Origin: Lingula anatina
Lineage: Eukaryota > Animalia > Brachiopoda
DNA: 64,000 nt
Reading direction: 5' to 3'
Assembly: GCA_051362555.1 (NCBI GenBank)
Contig: CM120644.1
Span: forward strand, 14,344,534 to 14,408,533
The translations under genes were made by a program, and so were the position numbers. A model generated the notes under the pieces. That model did not search any database and was not told where the DNA came from. It saw only the letters and a program-made list of their open reading frames with translations. Shown here piece by piece: positions 15,001-29,932 of this stretch. Numbering within the stretch: the first letter of the stretch is position 1; the number at the start of each line of letters is the position of its first letter.

Positions 15001-18000
15001 AATCAATCTACCACACCTGTCATTCATAAAAAATGTGGAAACGCGCCCGGGTCACTTCATCAAGGCCCCCAATTCTAGCTTTAAAGATGATCCAAAAATA
15101 AGCTCTGAGAACAGAATCTGAGAGGGGGGGGGAGAGACAGAGTTTTTGCTCTATTTCTTCCTTAATGTTGACACCACCACTCTTCCAGCACTTTATTCTT
15201 ACTACAAATGACCGAACACACCTACCTGACACTATAATGAAGAAAAAAAATTTTCATCCCTACCTGGCCAAAATTGAAGAAATCTCACAGTGCCGGCACT
15301 GTTCAAAATCACTCAAAATCACCAAAAATCGACCCGTCTCCGATTTTTCCAAAAAGTGACGAAAATCAATCTACCACACCTGTCATTCATAAAAAATGTG
15401 GAAACGCGCCCGGGTCACTTCATCAAGGCCCCCAATTCTAGCTTTAAAGATGATCCAAAAATAAGCTCTGAGAACAGAATCTGAGAGGGGGGGGGAGAGA
15501 CAGAGTTTTTGCTCTATTTCTTCCTTAATGTTGACACCACCACTCTTCCAGCACTTTATTCTTACTACAAATGACCGAACACACCTACCTGACACTATAT
15601 ATAATGAAGAAAAAAAATTTTCATCCCTACCTGGCCAAAATTGAAGAAATCTCACAGTGCCGGCACTGTTCAAAATCACTCAAAATCACCAAAAATCGAC
15701 CCGTCTCCGATTTTTCCAAAAAGTGACGAAAATCAATCTACCACACCTGTCATTCATAAAAAATGTGGAAACGCGCCCGGGTCACTTCATCAAGGCCCCC
15801 AATTCTAGCTTTAAAGATGATCCAAAAATAAGCTCTGAGAACAGAATCTGAGAGGGGGGGGGAGAGACAGAGTTTTTGCTCTATTTCTTCCTTAATGTTG
15901 ACACCACCACTCTTCCAGCACTTTATTCTTACTACAAATGACCGAACACACCTACCTGACACTATAATGAAGAAAAAAAATTTTCATCCCTACCTGGCCA
16001 AAATTGAAGAAATCTCACAGTGCCGGCACTGTTCAAAATCACTCAAAATCACCAAAAATCGACCCGTCTCCGATTTTTCCAAAAAGTGACGAAAATCAAT
16101 CTACCACACCTGTCATTCATAAAAAATGTGGAAACGCGCCCGGGTCACTTCATCAAGGCCCCCAATTCTAGCTTTAAAGATGATCCAAAAATAAGCTCTG
16201 AGAACAGAATCTGAGAGGGGGGGGGAGAGACAGAGTTTTTGCTCTATTTCTTCCTTAATGTTGACACCACCACTCTTCCAGCACTTTATTCTTACTACAA
16301 ATGACCGAACACACCTACCTGACACTATAATGAAGAAAAAAAATTTTCATCCCTACCTGGCCAAAATTGAAGAAATCTCACAGTGCCGGCACTGTTCAAA
16401 ATCACTCAAAATCACCAAAAATCGACCCGTCTCCGATTTTTCCAAAAAGTGACGAAAATCAATCTACCACACCTGTCATTCATAAAAAATGTGGAAACGC
16501 GCCCGGGTCACTTCATCAAGGCCCCCAATTCTAGCTTTAAAGATGATCCAAAAATAAGCTCTGAGAACAGAATCTGAGAGGGGGGGGGAGAGACAGAGTT
16601 TTTGCTCTATTTCTTCCTTAATGTTGACACCACCACTCTTCCAGCACTTTATTCTTACTACAAATGACCGAACACACCTACCTGACACTATAATGAAGAA
16701 AAAAAAATTTCATCCCTACCTGGCCAAAATTGAAGAAATCTCACAGTGCCGGCACTGTTCAAAATCACTCAAAATCACCAAAAATCGACCCGTCTCCGAT
16801 TTTTCCAAAAAGTGACGAAAATCAATCTACCACACCTGTCATTCATAAAAAATGTGGAAACGCGCCCGGGTCACTTCATCAAGGCCCCCAATTCTAGCTT
16901 TAAAGATGATCCAAAAATAAGCTCTGAGAACAGAATCTGAGAGGGGGGGGGAGAGACAGAGTTTTTGCTCTATTTCTTCCTTAATGTTGACACCACCACT
17001 CTTCCAGCACTTTATTCTTACTACAAATGACCGAACACACCTACCTGACACTATAATGAAGAAAAAAAATTTTCATCCCTACCTGGCCAAAATTGAAGAA
17101 ATCTCACAGTGCCGGCACTGTTCAAAATCACTCAAAATCACCAAAAATCGACCCGTCTCCGATTTTTCCAAAAAGTGACGAAAATCAATCTACCACACCT
17201 GTCATTCATAAAAAATGTGGAAACGCGCCCGGGTCACTTCATCAAGGCCCCCAATTCTAGCTTTAAAGATGATCCAAAAATAAGCTCTGAGAACAGAATC
17301 TGAGAGGGGGGGGGGAGAGACAGAGTTTTTGCTCTATTTCTTCCTTAATGTTGACACCACCACTCTTCCAGCACTTTATTCTTACTACAAATGACCGAAC
17401 ACACCTACCTGACACTATAATGAAGAAAAAAAATTTTCATCCCTACCTGGCCAAAATTGAAGAAATCTCACAGTGCCGGCACTGTTCAAAATCACTCAAA
17501 ATCACCAAAAATCGACCCGTCTCCGATTTTTCCAAAAAGTGACGAAAATCAATCTACCACACCTGTCATTCATAAAAAATGTGGAAACGCGCCCGGGTCA
17601 CTTCATCAAGGCCCCCAATTCTAGCTTTAAAGATGATCCAAAAATAAGCTCTGAGAACAGAATCTGAGAGGGGGGGGGAGAGACAGAGTTTTTGCTCTAT
17701 TTCTTCCTTAATGTTGACACCACCACTCTTCCAGCACTTTATTCTTACTACAAATGACCGAACACACCTACCTGACACTATAATGAAGAAAAAAAATTTT
17801 CATCCCTACCTGGCCAAAATTGAAGAAATCTCACAGTGCCGGCACTGTTCAAAATCACTCAAAATCACCAAAAATCGACCCGTCTCCGATTTTTCCAAAA
17901 AGTGACGAAAATCAATCTACCACACCTGTCATTCATAAAAAATGTGGAAACGCGCCCGGGTCACTTCATCAAGGCCCCCAATTCTAGCTTTAAAGATGAT

Positions 18001-21000
18001 CCAAAAATAAGCTCTGAGAACAGAATCTGAGAGGGGGGGGGAGAGACAGAGTTTTTGCTCTATTTCTTCCTTAATGTTGACACCACCACTCTTCCAGCAC
18101 TTTATTCTTACTACAAATGACCGAACACACCTACCTGACACTATATATAATGAAGAAAAAAAATTTTCATCCCTACCTGGCCAAAATTGAAGAAATCTCA
18201 CAGTGCCGGCACTGTTCAAAATCACTCAAAATCACCAAAAATCGACCCGTCTCCGATTTTTCCAAAAAGTGACGAAAATCAATCTACCACACCTGTCATT
18301 CATAAAAAATGTGGAAACGCGCCCGGGTCACTTCATCAAGGCCCCCAATTCTAGCTCTAAAGATGATCCAAAAATAAGCTCTGAGAACAGAATCTGAGAG
18401 GGGGGGGGAGAGACAGAGTTTTTGCTCTATTTCTTCCTTAATGTTGACACCACCACTCTTCCAGCACTTTATTCTTACTACAAATGACCGAACACACCTA
18501 CCTGACACTATAATGAAGAAAAAAAATTTTCATCCCTACCTGGCCAAAATTGAAGAAATCTCACAGTGCCGGCACTGTTCAAAATCACTCAAAATCACCA
18601 AAAATCGACCCGTCTCCGATTTTTCCAAAAAGTGACGAAAATCAATCTACCACACCTGTCATTCATAAAAAATGTGGAAACGCGCCCGGGTCACTTCATC
18701 AAGGCCCCCAATTCTAGCTTTAAAGATGATCCAAAAATAAGCTCTGAGAACAGAATCTGAGAGGGGGGGGAGAGACAGAGTTTTTGCTCTATTTCTTCCT
18801 TAATGTTGACACCACCACTCTTCCAGCACTTTATTCTTACTACAAATGACCGAACACACCTACCTGACACTATATATAATGAAGAAAAAAAATTTTCATC
18901 CCTACCTGGCCAAAATTGAAGAAATCTCACAGTGCCGGCACTGTTCAAAATCACTCAAAATCACCAAAAATCGACCCGTCTCCGATTTTTCCAAAAAGTG
19001 ACGAAAATCAATCTACCACACCTGTCATTCATAAAAAATGTGGAAACGCGCCCGGGTCACTTCATCAAGGCCCCCAATTCTAGCTTTAAAGATGATCCAA
19101 AAATAAGCTCTGAGAACAGAATCTGAGAGGGGGGGGGAGAGACAGAGTTTTTGCTCTATTTCTTCCTTAATGTTGACACCACCACTCTTCCAGCACTTTA
19201 TTCTTACTACAAATGACCGAACACACCTACCTGACACTATATATAATGAAGAAAAAAAATTTTCATCCCTACCTGGCCAAAATTGAAGAAATCTCACAGT
19301 GCCGGCACTGTTCAAAATCACTCAAAATCACCAAAAATCGACCCATCTCCGATTTTTCCAAAAAGTGACGAAAATCAATCTACCACACCTGTCATTCATA
19401 AAAAATGTGGAAACGCGCCCGGGTCACTTCATCAAGGCCCCCAATTCTAGCTTTAAAGATGATCCAAAAATAAGCTCTGAGAACAGAATCTGAGAGGGGG
19501 GGGGAGAGACAGAGTTTTTGCTCTATTTCTTCCTTAATGTTGACACCACCACTCTTCCAGCACTTTATTCTTACTACAAATGACCGAACACACCTACCTG
19601 ACACTATATATAATGAAGAAAAAAAATTTTCATCCCTACCTGGCCAAAATTGAAGAAATCTCACAGTGCCGGCACTGTTCAAAATCACTCAAAATCACCA
19701 AAAATCGACCCGTCTCCGATTTTTCCAAAAAGTGACGAAAATCAATCTACCACACCTGTCATTCATAAAAAATGTGGAAACGCGCCCGGGTCACTTCATC
19801 AAGGCCCCCAATTCTAGCTTTAAAGATGATCCAAAAATAAGCTCTGAGAACAGAATCTGAGAGGGGGGGGGAGAGACAGAGTTTTTGCTCTATTTCTTCC
19901 TTAATGTTGACACCACCACTCTTCCAGCACTTTATTCTTACTACAAATGACCGAACACACCTACCTGACACTATAATGAAGAAAAAAAATTTTCATCCCT
20001 ACCTGGCCAAAATTGAAGAAATCTCACAGTGCCGGCACTGTTCAAAATCACTCAAAATCACCAAAAATCGACCCGTCTCCGATTTTTCCAAAAAGTGACG
20101 AAAATCAATCTACCACACCTGTCATTCATAAAAAATGTGGAAACGCGCCCGGGTCACTTCATCAAGGCCCCCAATTCTAGCTTTAAAGATGATCCAAAAA
20201 TAAGCTCTGAGAACAGAATCTGAGAGGGGGGGGGAGAGACAGAGTTTTTGCTCTATTTCTTCCTTAATGTTGACACCACCACTCTTCCAGCACTTTATTC
20301 TTACTACAAATGACCGAACACACCTACCTGACACTATAATGAAGAAAAAAAATTTTCATCCCTACCTGGCCAAAATTGAAGAAATCTCACAGTGCCGGCA
20401 CTGTTCAAAATCACTCAAAATCACCAAAAATCGACCCGTCTCCGATTTTTCCAAAAAGTGACGAAAATCAATCTACCACACCTGTCATTCATAAAAAATG
20501 TGGAAACGCGCCCGGGTCACTTCATCAAGGCCCCCAATTCTAGCTTTAAAGATGATCCAAAAATAAGCTCTGAGAACAGAATCTGAGAGGGGGGGGGAGA
20601 GACAGAGTTTTTGCTCTATTTCTTCCTTAATGTTGACACCACCACTCTTCCAGCACTTTATTCTTACTACAAATGACCGAACACACCTACCTGACACTAT
20701 ATATAATGAAGAAAAAAAATTTTCATCCCTACCTGGCCAAAATTGAAGAAATCTCACAGTGCCGGCACTGTTCAAAATCACTCAAAATCACCAAAAATCG
20801 ACCCGTCTCCGATTTTTCCAAAAAGTGACGAAAATCAATCTACCACACCTGTCATTCATAAAAAATGTGGAAACGCGCCCGGGTCACTTCATCAAGGCCC
20901 CCAATTCTAGCTTTAAAGATGATCCAAAAATAAGCTCTGAGAACAGAATCTGAGAGGGGGGGGGAGAGACAGAGTTTTTGCTCTATTTCTTCCTTAATGT

Positions 21001-24000
21001 TGACACCACCACTCTTCCAGCACTTTATTCTTACTACAAATGACCGAACACACCTACCTGACACTATATATAATGAAGAAAAAAAATTTTCATCCGTACC
21101 TGGCCAAAATTGAAGAAATCTCACAGTGCCGGCACTGTTCAAAATCACTCAAAATCACCAAAAATCGACCCGTCTCCGATTTTTCCAAAAAGTGACGAAA
21201 ATCAATCTACCACACCTGTCATTCATAAAAAATGTGGAAACGTGCCCGGGTCACTTCATCAAGGCCCCCAATTCTAGCTTTAAAGATGATCCAAAAATAA
21301 GCTCTGAGAACAGAATCTGAGAGGGGGGGGGAGAGACAGAGTTTTTGCTCTATTTCTTCCTTAATGTTGACACCACCACTCTTCCAGCACTTTATTCTTA
21401 CTACAAATGACCGAACACACCTACCTGACACTATATATAATGAAGAAAAAAAATTTTCATCCCTACCTGGCCAAAATTGAAGAAATCTCACAGTGCCGGC
21501 ACTGTTCAAAATCACTCAAAATCACCAAAAATCGACCCGTCTCCGATTTTTCCAAAAAGTGACGAAAATCAATCTACCACACCTGTCATTCATAAAAAAT
21601 GTGGAAACGCGCCCGGGTCACTTCATCAAGGCCCCCAATTCTAGCTTTAAAGATGATCCAAAAATAAGCTCTGAGAACAGAATCTGAGAGGGGGGGGGGA
21701 GAGACAGAGTTTTTGCTCTATTTCTTCCTTAATGTTGACACCACCACTCTTCCAGCACTTTATTCTTACTACAAATGACCGAACACACCTACCTGACACT
21801 ATAATGAAGAAAAAAAATTTTCATCCCTACCTGGCCAAAATTGAAGAAATCTCACAGTGCCGGCACTGTTCAAAATCACTCAAAATCACCAAAAATCGAC
21901 CCGTCTCCGATTTTTCCAAAAAGTGACGAAAATCAATCTACCACACCTGTCATTCATAAAAAATGTGGAAACGCGCCCGGGTCACTTCATCAAGGCCCCC
22001 AATTCTAGCTTTAAAGATGATCCAAAAATAAGCTCTGAGAACAGAATCTGAGAGGGGGGGGGAGAGACAGAGTTTTTGCTCTATTTCTTCCTTAATGTTG
22101 ACACCACCACTCTTCCAGCACTTTATTCTTACTACAAATGACCGAACACACCTACCTGACACTATATATAATGAAGAAAAAAAATTTTCATCCCTACCTG
22201 GCCAAAATTGAAGAAATCTCACAGTGCCGGCACTGTTCAAAATCACTCAAAATCACCAAAAATCGACCCGTCTCCGATTTTTCCAAAAAGTGACGAAAAT
22301 CAATCTACCACACCTGTCATTCATAAAAAATGTGGAAACGCGCCCGGGTCACTTCATCAAGGCCCCCAATTCTAGCTTTAAAGATGATCCAAAAATAAGC
22401 TCTGAGAACAGAATCTGAGAGGGGGGGGGAGAGACAGAGTTTTTGCTCTATTTCTTCCTTAATGTTGACACCACCACTCTTCCAGCACTTTATTCTTACT
22501 ACAAATGACCGAACACACCTACCTGACACTATATATAATGAAGAAAAAAAATTTTCATCCCTACCTGGCCAAAATTGAAGAAATCTCACAGTGCCGGCAC
22601 TGTTCAAAATCACTCAAAATCACCAAAAATCGACCCGTCTCCGATTTTTCCAAAAAGTGACGAAAATCAATCTACCACACCTGTCATTCATAAAAAATGT
22701 GGAAACGCGCCCGGGTCACTTCATCAAGGCCCCCAATTCTAGCTTTAAAGATGATCCAAAAATAAGCTCTGAGAACAGAATCTGAGAGGGGGGGGGAGAG
22801 ACAGAGTTTTTGCTCTATTTCTTCCTTAATGTTGACACCACCACTCTTCCAGCACTTTATTCTTACTACAAATGACCGAACACACCTACCTGACACTATA
22901 ATGAAGAAAAAAAATTTTCATCCCTACCTGGCCAAAATTGAAGAAATCTCACAGTGCCGGCACTGTTCAAAATCACTCAAAATCACCAAAAATCGACCCG
23001 TCTCCAATTTTTCCAAAAAGTGACGAAAATCAATCTACCACACCTGTCATTCATAAAAAATGTGGAAACGCGCCCGGGTCACTTCATCAAGGCCCCCAAT
23101 TCTAGCTTTAAAGATGATCCAAAAATAAGCTCTGAGAACAGAATCTGAGAGGGGGGGGGAGAGACAGAGTTTTTGCTCTATTTCTTCCTTAATGTTGACA
23201 CCACCACTCTTCCAGCACTTTATTCTTACTACAAATGACCGAACACACCTACCTGACACTATATATAATGAAGAAAAAAAATTTTCATCCCTACCTGGCC
23301 AAAATTGAAGAAATCTCACAGTGCCGGCACTGTTCAAAATCACTCAAAATCACCAAAAATCGACCCGTCTCCGATTTTTCCAAAAAGTGACGAAAATCAA
23401 TCTACCACACCTGTCATTCATAAAAAATGTGGAAACGCGCCCGGGTCACTTCATCAAGGCCCCCAATTCTAGCTTTAAAGATGATCCAAAAATAAGCTCT
23501 GAGAACAGAATCTGAGAGGGGGGGGGAGAGACAGAGTTTTTGCTCTATTTCTTCCTTAATGTTGACACCACCACTCTTCCAGCACTTTATTCTTACTACA
23601 AATGACCGAACACACCTACCTGACACTATATATAATGAAGAAAAAAAATTTTCATCCCTACCTGGCCAAAATTGAAGAAATCTCACAGTGCCGGCACTGT
23701 TCAAAATCACTCAAAATCACCAAAAATCGACCCGTCTCCGATTTTTCCAAAAAGTGACGAAAATCAATCTACCACACCTGTCATTCATAAAAAATGTGGA
23801 AACGCGCCCGGGTCACTTCATCAAGGCCCCCAATTCTAGCTTTAAAGATGATCCAAAAATAAGCTCTGAGAACAGAATCTGAGAGGGGGGGGGAGAGACA
23901 GAGTTTTTGCTCTATTTCTTCCTTAATGTTGACACCACCACTCTTCCAGCACTTTATTCTTACTACAAATGACCGAACACACCTACCTGACACTATATAT

Positions 24001-27000
24001 AATGAAGAAAAAAAATTTTCATCCCTACCTGGCCAAAATTGAAGAAATCTCACAGTGCCGGCACTGTTCAAAATCACTCAAAATCACCAAAAATCGACCC
24101 GTCTCCGATTTTTCCAAAAAGTGACGAAAATCAATCTACCACACCTGTCATTCATAAAAAATGTGGAAACGCGCCCGGGTCACTTCATCAAGGCCCCCAA
24201 TTCTAGCTTTAAAGATGATCCAAAAATAAGCTCTGAGAACAGAATCTGAGAGGGGGGGGGAGAGACAGAGTTTTTGCTCTATTTCTTCCTTAATGTTGAC
24301 ACCACCACTCTTCCAGCACTTTATTCTTACTACAAATGACCGAACACACCTACCTGACACTATATATAATGAAGAAAAAAAATTTTCATCCCTACCTGGC
24401 CAAAATTGAAGAAATCTCACAGTGCCGGCACTGTTCAAAATCACTCAAAATCACCAAAAATCGACCCGTCTCCGATTTTTCCAAAAAGTGACGAAAATCA
24501 ATCTACCACACCTGTCATTCATAAAAAATGTGGAAACGCGCCCGGGTCACTTCATCAAGGCCCCCAATTCTAGCTTTAAAGATGATCCAAAAATAAGCTC
24601 TGAGAACAGAATCTGAGAGGGGGGGGGAGAGACAGAGTTTTTGCTCTATTTCTTCCTTAATGTTGACACCACCACTCTTCCAGCACTTTATTCTTACTAC
24701 AAATGACCGAACACACCTACCTGACACTATATATAATGAAGAAAAAAAATTTTCATCCCTACCTGGCCAAAATTGAAGAAATCTCACAGTGCCGGCACTG
24801 TTCAAAATCACTCAAAATCACCAAAAATCGACCCGTCTCCGATTTTTCCAAAAAGTGACGAAAATCAATCTACCACACCTGTCATTCATAAAAAATGTGG
24901 AAACGCGCCCGGGTCACTTCATCAAGGCCCCCAATTCTAGCTTTAAAGATGATCCAAAAATAAGCTCTGAGAACAGAATCTGAGAGGGGGGGGGAGAGAC
25001 AGAGTTTTTGCTCTATTTCTTCCTTAATGTTGACACCACCACTCTTCCAGCACTTTATTCTTACTACAAATGACCGAACACACCTACCTGACACTATATA
25101 TAATGAAGAAAAAAAATTTTCATCCCTACCTGGCCAAAATTGAAGAAATCTCACAGTGCCGGCACTGTTCAAAATCACTCAAAATCACCAAAAATCGACC
25201 CGTCTCCGATTTTTCCAAAAAGTGACGAAAATCAATCTACCACACCTGTCATTCATAAAAAATGTGGAAACGCGCCCGGGTCACTTCATCAAGGCCCCCA
25301 ATTCTAGCTTTAAAGATGATCCAAAAATAAGCTCTGAGAACAGAATCTGAGAGGGGGGGGGAGAGACAGAGTTTTTGCTCTATTTCTTCCTTAATGTTGA
25401 CACCACCACTCTTCCAGCACTTTATTCTTACTACAAATGACCGAACACACCTACCTGACACTATAATGAAGAAAAAAAATTTTCATCCCTACCTGGCCAA
25501 AATTGAAGAAATCTCACAGTGCCGGCACTGTTCAAAATCACTCAAAATCACCAAAAATCGACCCGTCTCCGATTTTTCCAAAAAGTGACGAAAATCAATC
25601 TACCACACCTGTCATTCATAAAAAATGTGGAAACGCGCCCGGGTCACTTCATCAAGGCCCCCAATTCTAGCTTTAAAGATGATCCAAAAATAAGCTCTGA
25701 GAACAGAATCTGAGAGGGGGGGGAGAGACAGAGTTTTTGCTCTATTTCTTCCTTAATGTTGACACCACCACTCTTCCAGCACTTTATTCTTACTACAAAT
25801 GACCGAACACACCTACCTGACACTATATATAATGAAGAAAAAAAATTTTCATCCCTACCTGGCCAAAATTGAAGAAATCTCACAGTGCCGGCACTGTTCA
25901 AAATCACTCAAAATCACCAAAAATCGACCCGTCTCCGATTTTTCCAAAAAGTGACGAAAATCAATCTACCACACCTGTCATTCATAAAAAATGTGGAAAC
26001 GCGCCCGGGTCACTTCATCAAGGCCCCCAATTCTAGCTTTAAAGATGATCCAAAAATAAGCTCTGAGAACAGAATCTGAGAGGGGGGGGGAGAGACAGAG
26101 TTTTTGCTCTATTTCTTCCTTAATGTTGACACCACCACTCTTCCAGCACTTTATTCTTACTACAAATGACCGAACACACCTACCTGACACTATATATAAT
26201 GAAGAAAAAAAATTTTCATCCCTACCTGGCCAAAATTGAAGAAATCTCACAGTGCCGGCACTGTTCAAAATCACTCAAAATCACCAAAAATCGACCCGTC
26301 TCCGATTTTTCCAAAAAGTGACGAAAATCAATCTACCACACCTGTCATTCATAAAAAATGTGGAAACGTGCCCGGGTCACTTCATCAAGGCCCCCAATTC
26401 TAGCTTTAAAGATGATCCAAAAATAAGCTCTGAGAACAGAATCTGAGAGGGGGGGGGAGAGACAGAGTTTTTGCTCTATTTCTTCCTTAATGTTGACACC
26501 ACCACTCTTCCAGCACTTTATTCTTACTACAAATGACCGAACACACCTACCTGACACTATATATAATGAAGAAAAAAAATTTTCATCCCTACCTGGCCAA
26601 AATTGAAGAAATCTCACAGTGCCGGCACTGTTCAAAATCACTCAAAATCACCAAAAATCGACCCGTCTCCGATTTTTCCAAAAAGTGACGAAAATCAATC
26701 TACCACACCTGTCATTCATAAAAAATGTGGAAACGCGCCCGGGTCACTTCATCAAGGCCCCCAATTCTAGCTTTAAAGATGATCCAAAAATAAGCTCTGA
26801 GAACAGAATCTGAGAGGGGGGGGGGGAGAGACAGAGTTTTTGCTCTATTTCTTCCTTAATGTTGACACCACCACTCTTCCAGCACTTTATTCTTACTACA
26901 AATGACCGAACACACCTACCTGACACTATAATGAAGAAAAAAAATTTTCATCCCTACCTGGCCAAAATTGAAGAAATCTCACAGTGCCGGCACTGTTCAA

Positions 27001-27171
27001 AATCACTCAAAATCACCAAAAATCGACCCGTCTCCGATTTTTCCAAAAAGTGACGAAAATCAATCTACCACACCTGTCATTCATAAAAAATGTGGAAACG
27101 CGCCCGGGTCACTTCATCAAGGCCCCCAATTCTAGCTTTAAAGATGATCCAAAAATAAGCTCTGAGAACAG
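1..27171. repeat. Tandem satellite array, ~363-bp monomer (367-bp variant from ~13.8 kb), ~74 copies; continues off the left edge
   Basis: Near-identical head-to-tail monomers. The period is read from recurring ORF starts (23, 385, 749, 1111, 1474...). Variation is mostly G-run length, a G->A change at the end of the G-run (GGGAGAC vs GAGAGAC) and a TATA insertion (CACTATAATG vs CACTATATATAATG). Confidence 0.99.
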
Positions 27172-27635
27172 TGTTGCGGATCCCACATCAAACAAACAAA
27201 CAAATGACGGGAAATGTTCACACTTTATTTCACGCACACTGACATGGATATGGTGAAACTAAAAATAACAAAATAATGAAAGATAAATACCAAACTAATT
27301 ATACAAAATACACAAATATAACATAAATTGAATACAAATATAAAAAGAAATAATAAATTAATCATAAGAAATGGAAATGTTGTGCAAATGATTAACAATA
27401 GAATTGAATACAATACGTACAGAGAAATGTGGCTTTCCCGTCCAAATGTTGATCCACAAATTTTGCCTACTAAAACTTCAGTCTCGACGACCTGAGCCTT
27501 CGCTCGTCAAATACAACGTGGCCGCGCCCAGAACTGCTGCATACAGTATTTATACAGAGCAAATGATTTGCATAATAATACAAAGCTGACCAGTGATACG
27601 ATTGTAAACGCAAATTGTTGTCATAAGCGACAACA
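27172..27635 (-). repeat. 3' LTR of BEL element
   Basis: Identical by eye to 33135-33598. Minus-strand AATAAA at 27224-27229 and TATAAAT at 27548-27554. Confidence 0.97.
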
Positions 27636-27645
27636 CTCCCACTTA
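27636..27645 (-). other. Polypurine tract of BEL element
   Basis: Minus strand reads ...TAAGTGGGAG immediately before TGTTG of the 3' LTR, preceded by a long T-rich run. Confidence 0.7.
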
Positions 27646-27783
27646 AACAAAAAAAAAAAAAAAAAAAATTATTTGTACAAACACACAAAAAAAAAAAACA
27701 TTTATCTACCTCACTATATACTCAAACAAACACATTCACTATATTATCTGTCACAAACAAACAAACAAAAATAAACAATATTG

Positions 27784-27959
27784 CTTATTCTTATTCAAAT
27801 TTACTTACAATTTATTGTTTAAACAATGCCACTTAAACAATATTGTAACAATATAATACATATCTTTATAGTCTACTTATTCTTATTCAAATTTACTTAC
27901 AATTTATTGTTTAAATAATGTCACTTAAACAATATTGTAACAATATAACACATATCTTA
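27784..27959. repeat. 92-bp-period tandem duplication in BEL 3' UTR
   Basis: CTTATTCTTATTCAAATTTACTTACAATTTATTGTTTAAA... starts at 27784 and again at 27876 with a few mismatches. Confidence 0.9.
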
Positions 27960-28970
27960 ACAGTCTCCCTCTAAAAATACTAATTTTGTGATGGGTCTAT
28001 TATAGCGAGACGATTTAGTACGAACCGTCGCGCTACGCACTAAGCTATCTCTCCCAATCTTAACATTTTCTACTACAGCTAGAGGCCATGAACCACGGGG
28101 CATAGAAGCATCAACAATAAGGACAAGGTCCCCCCTCTTTAAATTTCGCTTGATCTCCCGCCACTTGGGTCTAGACTGAAGCAAAGACAAATATTCCCTA
28201 GTCCATCGCTTCCAGAACTGGGAAACAAGAAATTGACAATGTCTCCACAACCGTCTATACGCATCTGCTATTTCAAAATCACCCCAAGGAAGAGAGGGAT
28301 TGTTACGGAGTAGTAACAGATGGTTAGGAGTAAGAGCGTCACAGTCATTTGAGTCAGTGCTGACTTTTGTCATGGGTCTTCCATTTATAATGCTTTCGCA
28401 CTCACATAAAATTGTTTGTAATACCCAATCAGATAATGACTTGGTAGACACATTTGACAACAGTGCTGTCAGGATTTTTCTGACAGTTCTTATCATGCGT
28501 TCCCAGATCCCTCCATGATGGGATGCATGTGGGGGGTTAAAATTCCACTCGACGCCTCTGCGTCTTGTTTCCCTAAGTATTTTACTCTTGTCGAGCTGAC
28601 GTAAGCTTCGCGCCAGCTCACTTTGAGCACCAATAAAATTCGTGGCATTGTCACTATAAAGTTTGGAAGGACATCCTTTTCTCGCGACAAAACGGAAAAA
28701 CCCATTGAGAAACGCGTCGGTACTCAAATTTTCCAACACCTCAATATGCAACGCCCGTGTTTTGAAGCAAGTAAAAATGCATCCAAAACGCTTTACGTCA
28801 GAACGTCCTACTTTCACAACAAGTGGCCCGAAAATATCGATGCCGACAATATCAAAAGGAGGCCCCCCTGCGCTGCACCTGTCCTCGGGCAAATCCGCCA
28901 TTTTCTGCGACATAGGTAACGCGTAGAGCTTTTTGCAGATTACGCAGTTTTTGACGATTTTCTTCACCAA
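27957..28970 (-). pseudogene. BEL integrase segment (catalytic core plus C-terminal domain), cut from upstream pol by a TGA at 28977-28979
   Basis: CVICKK half of the HHCC Zn finger. DDE motifs GIDIFGP / YSDNATNF / GGIWERMIRTVR. BEL-type tail LTPNHLL...FWKRWTREYL...WPLAVV. Confidence 0.93.
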
Positions 28971-28979
28971 ATTTCTTCA

Positions 28980-29932
28980 ATCGACTATCCAGTACTTCCG
29001 ACGGACAATACTATGGGTCCACTCAGTTCCCATATGTGCTCCACCGTGAAAGTCGCGAATGATTGAAGAGCAAATTTTGTGAGATCTGGGCAAAATGGGG
29101 GGCTGTTTACATGCTAATGATGAATGTATAAGCCGACCGCCAACAACTAAATCCCGTCCTTCACAATAGGAGATAACTTGTAGATTGCACTCGATCGCGA
29201 AATAACGCCGGACTCACTCAAAGATTGAATTTCACGACCGAATACTTCGCTTTGGACTGCTCTGAAAATGGAATCTTCAGCTTCTTTCAACTCGGATGCC
29301 GTTACGTTCGTTTTTATGATGTCTTTTCCACGAAGATGTCTTTTGAATCGTAAAAGCCATGCCACAGCTTTGCAAAGCTTGTAAAAACTGGAATAATGAT
29401 TCCATAACTTTTGTAAAGGTGAGACATCTCTTTCAGATACGGCTTTCTCAAGTTGTTCACTGACAATGCATGTGTGGATTTCAAGATCATTAGAAATGTC
29501 CCGAGAGGACTTTGGGCAGGACCATTTTGATCTGAATTCCGATAAAAATGCAGGACCCTTCATCCAATTTTCAGGCATTTCATCAACATTGCTTCCTCGC
29601 GATAAAATATCGGCTGGATTGGATTTGCCGGGAATCCGTCGCCATTGTTGCACACTGGTATTTTGTCTTATGTAAGACACCCTATTTGCCACGAACGTTT
29701 TGAAACGCGTAGTTTCATTTGCAATATAGGCCAACGCGACCTCACTATCACTACTATCAGTAGGCAACAAAGATACATCCATTTCTTCGCGGATTAACCG
29801 ATCAAGGTCAACAGCGACAACACATGCAGTAAGTTCCAGTCTCGGTATAGTGACTTGCTTTAAAGGCGCTAATCTGCTTTTAGCTACCAATAACGCAATA
29901 CGGATTTTGCCATCACTACAGACTGATCGAAG
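28980..29932 (-). pseudogene. BEL RNase H C-terminal part and integrase N-terminal linker
   Basis: AKSRLAPLK.VTIPRLEL, FKTFVANRV and NPADILSRG. A 1-bp deletion near 29149 (GGG ATT TAG instead of ATT TTA GTT) separates it from LVVGGRL...DFHGGAHMG...KYWIV. Confidence 0.9.
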
